DNA of 63,984 bases, the filler included, from Folioceros fuciformis (taxonomy: Eukaryota): assembly GCA_049999805.1 (NCBI GenBank). It is 7 parts of 7 records of this genome, joined end to end, with 100 filler letters (N's around TTAATTAATTAA, not from the genome) between each part and the next. Parts side by side here need not be neighbours in the genome. Positions count along the whole stretch, not along the records: positions 34,034 to 50,335 come from JBNGIO010004197.1; 6 more parts are not named here. One strand, 5' to 3'. The position numbers and the translations under genes were made by a program. This document shows, one piece after another, positions 34,034 to 45,477 of the stretch. Positions within the stretch are counted from its first letter, which is position 1. Every line of letters begins with the position of its first letter. The notes below the pieces were generated by a model. The model saw only the letters and a program-made list of their open reading frames with translations. It ran no database searches and had not been told where the DNA came from.

Positions 34034-37000
34034 CTTGCACGCCTCAGTCGCTGCAACATACTCGGCCTCTGTGGTAGATAGCGTTATGCACGATTGCAAA
34101 TGAGATCGCCATGAGACTGCCCCTCCAATGCACATGAAGACATAACCTGATGTGGACCTCCTTTTGTCCATATCCCCTGCATAATCAGCATCCGTATATC
34201 CCACTACAGATGCATCTTCACTACCAAAACATAAGCACAAAGCTTTTGTACCATTCAAATACCTCATAACTCCTTTCACTGCCTCCCAATGCTTCCTGCC
34301 AGGGTTTGACATGAACCTGCTAACCACTCCCACTGCAAAAGCAATGTCAGGACGTGTAGCAATCATTGCATACATCAAACTCCCTACAGCTGATGAGTAT
34401 GGAGCCTTCTCCATTTCAGCTTTATCCTTCGTAGAACTTGGGCAATCCTTGCTCGAAAGTTTCACATATGGAGGCAACGGAGTACTTAAGACCTTCCCCT
34501 TCTCCATATTGAAACGTTGAAGCACCTTGTTAATGTATTCTGTCTGAGACAAGTACATCAAACGCTTCTGTCTGTCTCGACGAATACGCATGCCAAGAAT
34601 ATGGCTTGCCTCCCCCAAGTCTGTCATGTCAAAGCGACCATTCAACTTTGACTGCAACGCTGAAATCTCATCACTGTTAGTCCCAGCAATTAGCATATCA
34701 TCCACATAGAGGACTAGAATGAGCAAGCTTCCATCCTTAGCTTGCTTCTTATAGAGGCAATGATCCATATCGCTACGCTTGTAGCCTTGAGAAAGCATAA
34801 ATGAGTGGAACTTGAAATACCACTCCCTGGGTGCTTGCTTCAAACCATAAAGGCTCTTCTTTAACTTGCACACCAGTTCTTTAACTTGCACACCAGACTC
34901 TCTTTGCCCTTCTCAATGAAACCCTCTGGTTGCTGCATGTATACCTCTTCCTGGAGATCACCATGCAGAAATGCCGACTTCACATCCATCTGGACAAGTT
35001 CCATGTCGTTCCTCGCAACCAGACCAAGAACACATCTCAAGGTAGTCATTTTGACAACTGGTGAGAAAATCTCATCAAAGTCAATACCTTGCTGTTGCTT
35101 AAAACCTTTAGCAACCAATCGTGCCTTGTACTTGGGTTTGCCATAATGGGGTATGTCCTTCATCTTATACACCCATTTGCATGGCAACACCTTCTTGCCC
35201 TTAGGCAACCGAACCAACTCCCAAGTTTGGTTCTTATGAAGCGAATCCATCTGCGACTGCATCGCCTTCTCCCACTTGTTTTTGTCAGTCACTGACATGG
35301 CCTCTTGGTAACAAGAGGGCTCCCCACAATCCGTCAGCATGACATAATCCAGAGATGCAACATACCTGTCAGGAGGACGTGAGATCCTTCTTGACCTACG
35401 AAGCACTGGCGCCTAAACCGGAGCTGGTTGCACTCTCTCCTCGTCTACAAGTGGAGGAACTTGTTCCTGCACATCACGATGTTCAGCCTGCGCGGGACGG
35501 TCAAGTCCATCTTCTTGGAAGACCACCCGTCGCACCTCCACAGTTGGAGTAGGCTTCTTGTGCATCTTGGTCTCATTGAAGAACACATCATTGCTGCGAA
35601 CCATCCTCTTGGCTTCTGGATCCCACAGACGGTATCCCATCTCACCAGATTCACCATAGCCAAGAAAAATACATTTTCTTGACTTAGGAGCCAACTTGTT
35701 GCGAAACTCCATCGGAACATGGTAGTATGCCTCGCAGCCAAACACTCGTAGATGTTTGTATGACGGCTTCTTTCCAGACCACATCTCCTCTGGAACCTAT
35801 TCATCCACAGCCCTATTAGGAGATCTGTTAATAAGATGCACTGCCGTAACCACCGCTTCTGCCCAAAATCCGTTAGGCAATCCAGAGTTTGACAACAAAC
35901 TACGTGTCCTCTCCTGGATGGTCCTGTTCATCCGCTCAGCCACACCATTCTGGAGAGGAGTATACGGTGCAGTCAATTCTCTCTTGATTCCCTTGGAATC
36001 ACAGAATGACTGGAAAGCCTTCGAGACATACTCTCCCCCATTGTCTGTCCTTAGACACTTTAGCCGGAGGCCAGACTGATTCTCCACAAGGGTGACGAAT
36101 TTCTGAAACACTGTCAGAACATCATCCTTTTTCCTCAAAGGATAAACCCACACCTTGCGTGAGAAGTCATCAATGAAAGTGACAAAATAAGATGCACCGC
36201 CTAACGACACAGTGGGCATAGGTCCACAAATGTCACTGTGAACCAATTCAAGAGGTTTACTTTTGTCTTTACCTCTTGCTCCATGTGGTGACTTCGTCTG
36301 TTTTCCATACAAACAGTGCTCACACACGGAGAAATCGGAGAAGTCAAGAGCAGGGACGTAACCAAAACGAGATAAGATCTTCATTCCTTTTTGAGACATA
36401 TGTCCTAACCGACTATGCCACAAGGAAACACTTGGCTGTTCTGCTACACAAATCACATGATCCTTGACAGTGGTTACCTGAAGTGAGTACAAAGTGCCAC
36501 ACTTCGATCCACGAGCTATCACAAGAGAACCTTTGGAGATCTTCCAAGAACGATCTCCAAACCAACAGTGGTAGCCAGCGTCATCCNNNNNNNNNNNNNN
36601 NNNNNNNNNNNNNNNNNNNNNNNNNNNNNNNNNNNNNNNNNNNNNNNNNNNNNNNNNNNNNNNNNNNNNNNNNNNNNNNNNNNNNNTCCAATTAGAGAAT
36701 AAGTGACTCTCCATGGCTGTCAGTTGTGCAGAACCAAAAGAAGAAGAGATAAGAACATCTTCATCGTCAACAGAGTTCACCTCATCACACTCGATACTCG
36801 AATCTGGCTTGTTGTCGCTCTACATCTTCTCCTTGCCTTTTTCCTTCTTGAACTTCTCGCAGTCCCTTCTGATGTGACCCTTCTTGTGACAATGGTAACA
36901 CTCAACATTGTTACGACTACGAGATTTGCTACAGGAAGAACTTCGCTCCTTGTACTTCCCCTTTGAAGTGGACCTTCCTCTCACCATGAGGGCATTAGAA

Positions 37001-38585
37001 CCTTTCGAAGGTTCCATATTCTTCCTGTTCACCTCCTCTGTTAACAGGCTACCTTCTACATTTACAACGGTTAGACCATTGGCAGGAGCGGAATTACTCA
37101 GAGCCGCACGGAAGGTGTCCCAGCTCTCTGGTAATGTGACCAACAGAAACATAGCTCTCACGGAATCTGGGAATGAAATACCTTGAGATGAGAGCTGGCT
37201 GAAAATGGTATTGAACTCATTCAGATGATCGGACATCCTCGTCCCTTCCTTCATCTTCAAGTCCACCAGCTGTTTCAACCAATACACCTGAGAAGCCGCA
37301 CTTTGCTTCTCATACAAGTCACACAGCTTCTGCCATAGCTCGAAACTTGTGGTCTTGTCTTTCACGTTGAAGTAGACCGACTTCGACACTGTTAGCATGA
37401 TGGTAGACCTAGCAAGCTCATCTAGATCCTGCCACTTATCCTGAGTCATGCTAACAGGTTTCACTTTTAGCAGCTTGATGGGCTTGATCTGCTTCTTCTG
37501 TACTAAAACATTATACACTTGTTCTTTCCAGAACGGGAAGTTAGTACCATCTAACTTCTCGATATTGAACATGACATTTTCTGAGGACGTCATGCTTCAA
37601 AATCGATCCAAATCAACCAAAAAGCTAGTTTGAAATTGGTCGAAATGAAATGTAGATTCTACAGGTTACCCTCACAACTTCTTCCGAATCGTATGTCCAC
37701 AACTTGGGCCTCTGTCGCTCATAACAGGAATGTCCTCCTACGTCTGATCGAGATCCTGACTTCCTCAGCCGGGGTCAATACGGCGCCCACACTCTCGCTC
37801 CCGGCGTCTGCGATTTGTTCACTTTCCGGCGCTCGTCAATCGGGTCCTCGCTTCACTGGCACGCTCGTTTCGCGAGTCACGGGCACCCACGTGGTGCCCT
37901 GTGGCGCCTAGGTGGCATCCAAGTGGCGCCTATATGGCGCCTGCATGGCACCCAAGTGGTGCCCAAGTGGCGCCTGCGTGGAGCCCGCGTGGCATCCAAG
38001 TCTCGCCCGCGTGGCGCTTAAGTGGCGCCTAGGTGGTGCCCAAGCGGCGCTGATGTGGTGCCCGCTGGCGCTCACATGGCGCCTAGGTGGGCGCTCGTAT
38101 GGCGCTGATGTGGCGCCCAAGTGGCTCTCACATGGCGCCTAGGTGGCACCTGCATGGCGTCGAGGTGGCGCCTACATGGCGTCGAGGTGGCGCCTGCATG
38201 ACACCCCTCCCCCTCCTAGATGGCCATCTTCATGGTCTTGCTCCACAACCTGCTCTGATACCACTTGTAGGATCACTAGAGGAGCATGGTGGAGGAGAGG
38301 AGAAGAGGAGGCAAAGAGGAGAGGAGAAAAAGAGGTCACATTGAGAGTAGTTGGCAAGGGAGCTCAAGGGGGTATTTATACCCTCTAGAAGAGCTCCCTA
38401 GGAAGCTTCACAAGAAGCTCATAGGAAGCTACGCAAGAAGCTTCCTATAGATTAGCTTAATAAACTAATGATACTTAACTAGACACTAATCTTAGACTAA
38501 ACACATTAGTCTAAGCATATTAACTAGACACTAATCTTAGACTAAACACATTAGCCTAAGCACATTGGGCTTTAATATTCCTACA
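34034..38585 (-). mobile_element. Copia family A copy 2 (5'LTR, PBS, gag-pol; 3' end lost in gap)
   Basis: LTR 38266-38585; PBS TGGTATCAGAGC (38252-38263, minus); gag ATG 37593. Integrase/RT/RNaseH are near-identical to copy 1, with stops and a 20-bp duplication at 34861-34900. Confidence 0.95.
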
Positions 38586-38644
38586 AGTAGTAGGTATACG
38601 ATTGTGAGATGAACACAATTAAGTATTGTATAGTGTAATTTCTG

Positions 38645-38980
38645 TGATTGAAAAAGAGATGGAAAGTCCCATCTACTCCATAGATTGGAGGAACAACCCC
38701 ATTAGGGCCAAAGGCAAAAAAAGGTACTCTCCATTGTGAATATCATTTTCAAAAACTACCTACTGCTCCCAAAATGTCATGATGTGGAATAACAAAAGGC
38801 CTACCTACCACCGGTGCCGAACAAGCCGCTTGACCTGTGCTTGTTGCTGTTTAAAAAACTGCATTGGCCAATGCTCGTTGCAAAGCAATAGATACACGTT
38901 GTCGAAAGAAGGCCACCACAAAGGAAAGAGGGAGAACACCATTCCTATTGCTCTGATAAACCTTGGTGCACTCCTTGGTA
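38645..38980 (-). mobile_element. 3'-terminal fragment of the CRE-like element
   Basis: Near-identical to 5620-5978 (GATTGAAAAAGAGATGGAAAGTCCCATCT...GAACACCATTCCTATTGCTCT). Confidence 0.85.
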
Positions 38981-39769
38981 AACAATTAAGTAGTAGGTAT
39001 ATGTTTGTGACGATGAACACAATTATCGCCATTATAAATATGCATATAATTGTGGACAATTCTTTGTCATTCTTACATTACCATTCTTGGATGTATTTGA
39101 AATGAATTGCATCTTTTTGTTGGTTTGAGAAGACAACTTAAGAAGACTTCTTATTATAGGACAAAAAAAAAGGTTAGAATATGCCTTTGGCTTTGTCAAA
39201 ATTTCTTGGATTTGAAAGTTCACAAATGGGTATACTACTCTACATTTATAGACGTAAAAGTGCATTGACCAAGAGTAAATATTTTGGATATGATAATTAA
39301 TTAAATTTTTTTATGGTGAAATATATTAGAATCATGGCATTTTGAGTGTCTCAAGAACAACATGTGAAATTCAGAGAAAATTTGAGGAGGAATAGACATA
39401 TCCATTGTTATCTGCAGGGCACGCCTTTGCTGATCCTCTGCTGGTAGGGAGTAGACAAACGCTCAAAAGGCTGAGGCAGAACAAAATGTCAGAAATCACT
39501 GCGTCATTTCTCATAATTCTGTATACCCAATTACGCTTCTTTAATCCTTGTTCTTTTGTCCCCTAAGCAGGGGTCCACGTCCATGGACTCCTCATGAAGT
39601 TAAGCGTTCACGAATTCACAGCAAGTCATGTGTCTTGGGGACCAGGGTGACGATTCTGTGCAGAAGCAATAGGTAGCACGATATCTGCCTTCGTCACATT
39701 TGATGTTTTGAACCTTTAATTTACGATCTTTACATAAAAGAAGTTCCCATTACCGATGACAATGAATGA

Positions 39770-41661
39770 CTAGGAGCTCCGACGGAACTGAACAACGTAT
39801 CTGTAGATAGTAACAGGGTTCGCCATGTTAAAAATATCCATGGTGTCGAGCTCGCTTCCAGGAACAGGATACATCGCCACACGCTGAATCGCCTGTGGCC
39901 AAGACCCCATTCCCGTTAGGATACACAAACTAGGTTACGGCCGACAGGTAAATTACAAGGTTGGTGATCAGCAGAAATCACCTCGATAGAAGATACGGTC
40001 TGCTCTGTTGGATCCCAACGATAGCGAGTTAAATTTCGGCTGGCCTGCACTCAGCAGCACATTTCATTGTCACATGCCTGGAACTTGGTTGTGGAATGTG
40101 GTACAAATCAACCGGGACGCACACGCACCTTCACCGAAGGAGGCCCACCTCTTCTGGTGTCGAAGACCTGCACAATTCTTACAACAAGAGTTCACAGATT
40201 TGCCTTCAACAAATTCTGTCCTGTAACGATCTTTGAAGGGTACGAGGAATACGTGCCCTGCAAATAACAAACCTGCTTGGAGTACTCCGAGGTATCAAAT
40301 TGTCCAGGAGCTGACATGCCTGCAGACCTCTTGGTGACCAAATTCTCCACCTGCAGACAGAAATTTTGAAGGCTTTGCAGAGCGGTAACAGGAAAGAGGG
40401 GACTAGAGGATTGCAGACCCAGTGACACTCACCTTAGTTCCTCCGCGTAATTCGAGTGACAGCCTATTTGGTTGTTTTGGTGACCAGCTGCCACCTGTTA
40501 TTACATCTTGTCCCACTGTGGATTCGACCAAAGACTGCAGTTGCCAACGTTTGTCAGTTAAATGGAGTACTGTATATGTGGAGGTAGCTTCAGAAACACT
40601 TTACGACACCTGGCTATGGGGAACTGCACCTTTGTCGTAAACAGCCTGTCACCGATAATGTTGGATTCATAGGGGATAAACCGTGCCTTGTACACCACCT
40701 GAGTGGTTCCTATGAATGAATAAGCTGACACATGTATGAGCATTGCAAAAAATGACAGTTCACGACACGATGCCTGGCGACTAGGATTTATACAGGAAAT
40801 TACAGCAAGAGGCACACAACAGACTGAAAGGCCCGACATACCGTGTATCCTATCTGCTTTCTAGAGAAGTTGACGCTCTTCAAATCCACCTTGTCATCCC
40901 CCTAAAAGTTCCCGAGGCAAACGGAATAGCACTACATCAAGAATTGCTACGAATGCCTGATTGCGTCTCCTCTCTGATACACCACAATCAGTACAAAGCT
41001 GACAATCTCACCTGAGGTGTATCCACGGAAAGTAGAGTTGAAAGGCAGTCCCAGACGCCCTCAAAGAATCTGAGTTCGAGAATAAACGAGCCCGTAAAAC
41101 GCAGGCGTGTGACGGACAGATGCGGGCAAGGCAGAGTTACGGGTGTGGAAGAAATACCTAGGGTAGTAGATATCCGGATCTCCTATCCCAAGACTACGAA
41201 GAACGGCATTTCCAGCGGGTGGATCCTGCTCACCAGCAAATGCTGGCGACGCTGGAATGCCGACTGCTAGCAGCAGAGCTAGTCTCCTGCTAATGCGGGT
41301 GTCCAGAACATCCTTCCTGCGGTCTGCAACCTGGGAAAATGTTCAAGCGATGAGAGTTCTACTCTACGCAGGACGAAATTCACACCAAGACCTGGCCTTC
41401 AAGGCAGCCAGGACCTCGGTATTGGTAGACAGGCTTGGTGTCTTGAGGAAAGGCCCGCATAGATGGCACAGCCCCTGTTGTGCACCTCTGTTCGCCACTG
41501 ACCAGGGTAGTAGAGAGGCCCAACGTGGGACAAGAGAACCAGGTGAACGACGGTAGCAGCCCCACTCGGCCCTGGGAGCATTTGGGAATCTCGAATTGCT
41601 GCTGCTGACGATGAACTACTCGGACATTGAGACCACAGGCCATTGCTGTAACTGCTAGCAT
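39770..41661 (-). CDS. DUF6816-like protein with plastid transit peptide and twin-arginine lumen signal (~10 exons)
   Basis: GT-AG exons assemble to MLAVTAMACG...ISRRLALLLAVGIPASPAFA-GEQ...GDPDIYYPRFFEGVWDCLSTLLSVDTP...RFIPYESNIIGDRLFTTK...PNRLSLEL...VTKRS...FDTSEYSKQ...IEAIQRVAMY...PVTIYRYVVQFRRSS*. Motif order matches the cyanobacterial/algal DUF6816 family as I recall it. Confidence 0.7.
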
Positions 41662-41871
41662 TGTGTATCGGACCAAGATAATGCAGTCACCAGTCAGTGA
41701 ATGGAAGAGTCTGGCCAGCACTGTTCTAGGATATGGACGGTGGAGCGGCAATGAAACGGTCTACGAACGAACAGCTGACACATTGATCACAGAATTGTGT
41801 GAAGTATGCCACTTCCGCCCAAAGGAGGAATTACATTTGGAATCTATTCCAAGTGCGATGCTTCTTGGTCC

Positions 41872-44800
41872 TCAAGGTGCGGGAGGAAATGTGGACGAAG
41901 GATGAGGCACAGCCACTGTTTGGTTCGATTTGACAGCCTCCATCGTCACCATAGTACCGTCGGGCCATGTCACTTCCAGCTTCACAGGACCCCGAAGCTG
42001 GCCCAGGCCAAAATGAGCCACAGGCTGAAAAGCCCAACATTTTCTTTCAGGATTCAAGCCGTCACGTGTGTAGCAGCTCTCTACCATAGAACGGGCCCCA
42101 ACAAAACGACCGACTTACCTCCATGCAGCACAAGTAGCCACTGTGACAGGCACCGAAGTAAAAACGTATCAGTAGGAAGGCTAACATTCGTAATCAAGCT
42201 CACTGCTTGTCTCCAGATTGGCCGCAACAATGATTTCAGAACCCTACCTTCCAGCATCTATCACACGCTTCTGCATTCGACCAGTCTCGTCATATAGTTT
42301 TACCGACGATCCCCTGGCTGGTGCACCCTGCAGCAGGAGTGCACAACAATCTGCAAATGTCCAGGAGCAGCATGAACCAGAAAGAAACGCTGTGCACACG
42401 AGAGTAAGGCTGGGAAGCAGAGACCTGTTTCGTAAGAGGCTTCACACGGATCCATGAATTGTCGTTCTCTGGGCTGTGATAGAAAGAAAGAGGCTGCGCA
42501 CGTAGTTCTCCATGGGCTCTGATTTCAGAAGAAGCATCCATACCGCCTACTCAAATGATACTTATGGATGACGTAGAGCAGCATCACTACCTTCTATTGA
42601 AAGGAAAATTCAGCTTACATGAGTAGCTCCAGTCGACCATCTCCATCAACATCAGCCACTGCAGCGCCAGTCCCAAGCCCGTCTGGCTCCTTCGCATCCC
42701 CAATGTCTGCTTCCACCCAGTTACCCTCTCTATCCTGAAAAAACCATCACATATTGAGCTTGATGCTGATTGGCATGTAGAACCAAACTTTACTTACTAC
42801 AAGAACCCGGAGTACCTGGCGGAAAAGCTTGTTGCCAGAACCAATATTGTTGAAGAAAAGCTCCTCATAGCCATCATTATCAAAATCAGCCGCGATGACT
42901 GTACGTATGGCTGATCTGACTGCCATCTCTGGGGGGGCAATGTCCTTGAACCCTCCATCATCTGCAGAGGCGTCCCTGAAACCAAGAGCTCTTGCTCCTC
43001 CGCGAGGACCAGGCCCATCTGGCGCAAAGAGCCTATGTGGACCCTGTCATTCCAGATAGAATCAGGGAATATCCATAAACATTACGAAAGAATCAGGCCG
43101 CTCAAAAAAGTACCTGCCAGTTGCCACAAGCCAGTCCAAGCTCTCCCTGGAAATCAACAACTGCAATACCCCTACAGTGTTCTAGTGAATCTGTGAGCCT
43201 GCAGCACAAAGAAACTTGGGGATTCGTCAAGGGCTATAACCTTCCATCGACTCTAAGCACCTACCTAATACCATTTGAACCCTAGCAACAAGCCTTGTAG
43301 CTTTTCTTACCCATACGCCCCAGCACATTCTTCATATTTTCCAGTACCATCGTTCTTATGTCGAAACAGAAAGTTTGCCCCACCCTGATGACAGGGCACT
43401 TTAGAGCTTGCTTTGCTTTGAATATCAACTGGTAAGCCAACTAGGAAACTCGAGTACAAAGATACTGGCAAGCTGTAGTTGTTGTTGGGTTCATCAATAC
43501 TTTTCGTCAACCTGCTTACCTCGTTGCCAGCAAAAATATCCATGTCATGGGCAGAAACAAGAGGAAGAGAAACAAGTGCACGGCCACCAGTTGGATAAGC
43601 TATAAGCCCAGCTTCTGGGGCCATGTCCACCACAAAGTTGTCTTCAGATAGTTCAAACAGCTGCTCTTGTTTTTAGACATGGCGGCAAGAAAACAGGGGC
43701 ACACCTCAGGTATTCAGAAGAAGATCCCGGTGCGGGGTATTATGCAAGGTTTCATCTACTCCAGAAAGCTCCTACCTTCATCAAACCGCCATAGTTGGCT
43801 ACAAAGAAGCCGTACCTGAAAATTGAACAAAATACGTATGAGGATCGCAAGATGGGAGGGAGCCCTGTCACGCTTCAGGAGATAAGTGACAAGATGCAAT
43901 TCTATGTTATCGGTTCATATTTTTCATTGATTGCTGAGTTCGTAGTACCTGCCTGTTCCCTTTCGGTCAACACAGCACACTGATCGGCCAGCACACATGT
44001 TTGACTCATCCATATTCATAGGAATGGAAAACAGGTCAACCCACCTGCGCACCAACCGACAATGTTGTCGCACCAACCAACAATGTCGTGGCAAGAATGC
44101 ACAAAACAAGTGTGTCAAACAACCTAGCTCTGGCCACACTCAGACTCCCAACCTTCCTTCTTGATTATCAAACAATCGATCTGACACCTTCTTCCGGCCG
44201 AGAAATGTGTCTGTATTGAGAATGTACACCTACGCAGGCACACAGGGGCGGTTCACTATCTCCTACAACAACATCCCACTTTTGCATAATGACAGTGCTC
44301 CAGGAATACCTCTTCACGTCCATCGCCATCGAAGTCAGCAGCAGCTACGCCAATGGCCTTCCTGTCAGGGTCTTCCAGGGGAGTACCAGTTGCCACGTTC
44401 ACAAGCTCCTCACCCGTCCACTGCAGAGGCATTCGGATCGCTCATTAGGACAACACTTGTTTCAGGTCTAATGTAACTTACAACTTTCTTTCTACATTCC
44501 ACTGGCTGCCCTAGAATGTGAATGTTTCAAGCACGCTGCATAAATGGGAAAAGACGAGTCTCACCTTCAGAAGCTGATTCTCGTTCCCAAACCCGCAAAC
44601 AAAGAGCTCCATTTCCCCATCTCCATCAAAATCAGAAACGCACACTCCGTAATGCAGCTGCTCAAATTGCACACACGTGATAAGATGGGAAGAGGCAGAA
44701 AGCTGAGAGCACAATGAGTAACCACGCACATGACAGGGAGCAGATATACATTGGACGGATTGGTTTTGAGAAGATGAGAGGCGTCTCTGAACATTGTCTG

Positions 44801-45184
44801 CCTTCGCGTACCCAAAACAGGCTCCTCAGTCAAAGTGGCCCTCACTCTTGGATTTGTTTCTGTGGAAGGCCTCGAAGTGGACGCGCTCCAATGTGACCGA
44901 AGACGCTCAGGAAAACCTGTACCCACTAATGATGACGTCCCATTTACAGGCATGGTAACCATGTCAAAGTCTGGAGGGCGATCTATTCAGCTGACAGCAT
45001 GCATGTGGAGAACAAGTCCTCATCCCAAGCATTGACGTCCATCACCACATTCAAGTGGAAGGTCCGAGACTAGTCGGAGAAGCAACGTGCTGGAATACTC
45101 ACCTAAACGCAGGCGGGCCCCGGAAAAGGGTGGCGTCAGAAGGGAAGGCAGCGGCACGGAGAGCCCACAGCTCATGACAGCCAT
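41872..45184 (-). CDS. CRTAC1-like FG-GAP repeat / ASPIC-UnbV protein, 16 exons, ~570 aa
   Basis: Phase-consistent GT-AG exons: 45184-45103, 44970-44750, 44657-44565, 44420-44310, 44229-44153, 44044-43949, 43815-43776, 43660-43520, 43384-43311, 43198-43114, 43043-42816, 42734-42619, 42518-42425, 42327-42248, 42140-42119, 42024-41872. Motifs: LHYGVCVSDFDGDG, ADFDGDGREE, AGRSVCCVDRKGTGRY, GNWQGPHRL, RTVIAADFDNDG, HGELRAQPLS, IDAGSGYLCCMEPVAHFGLG. Confidence 0.88.
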
Positions 45185-45477
45185 AGCCTGTTCATGGGAG
45201 GAAAAAGAGGGGGTAGCCAACAATGGGGCACTAGGAAATTTTACTTACTTGAGGGCAGCACCGCAAGACACGGTGGAAACAACACACGAGGTCGCTGGCT
45301 TTTGCCTTCGCGTTGCTTTGGAGGGCGCTCTGCAGCGTGTTTCTGTGTTTGGTTGGCGTGATCGGCGGGTTTGGTGTACGAAATGATAGGGATGGCGTTG
45401 GGAGAGCTGCCCATGCTTCCCCCTTTCCTGCCTGTTGTTCGTGGCTGCCGCAGGTGCAGATGTAAACGCAGTTGCAG
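45185..45477. promoter_or_regulatory. Putative bidirectional promoter / 5'UTR region
   Basis: Divergent start codons of the CRTAC1-like gene (45184) and APC7 (45478) are under 300 bp apart. Confidence 0.45.
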
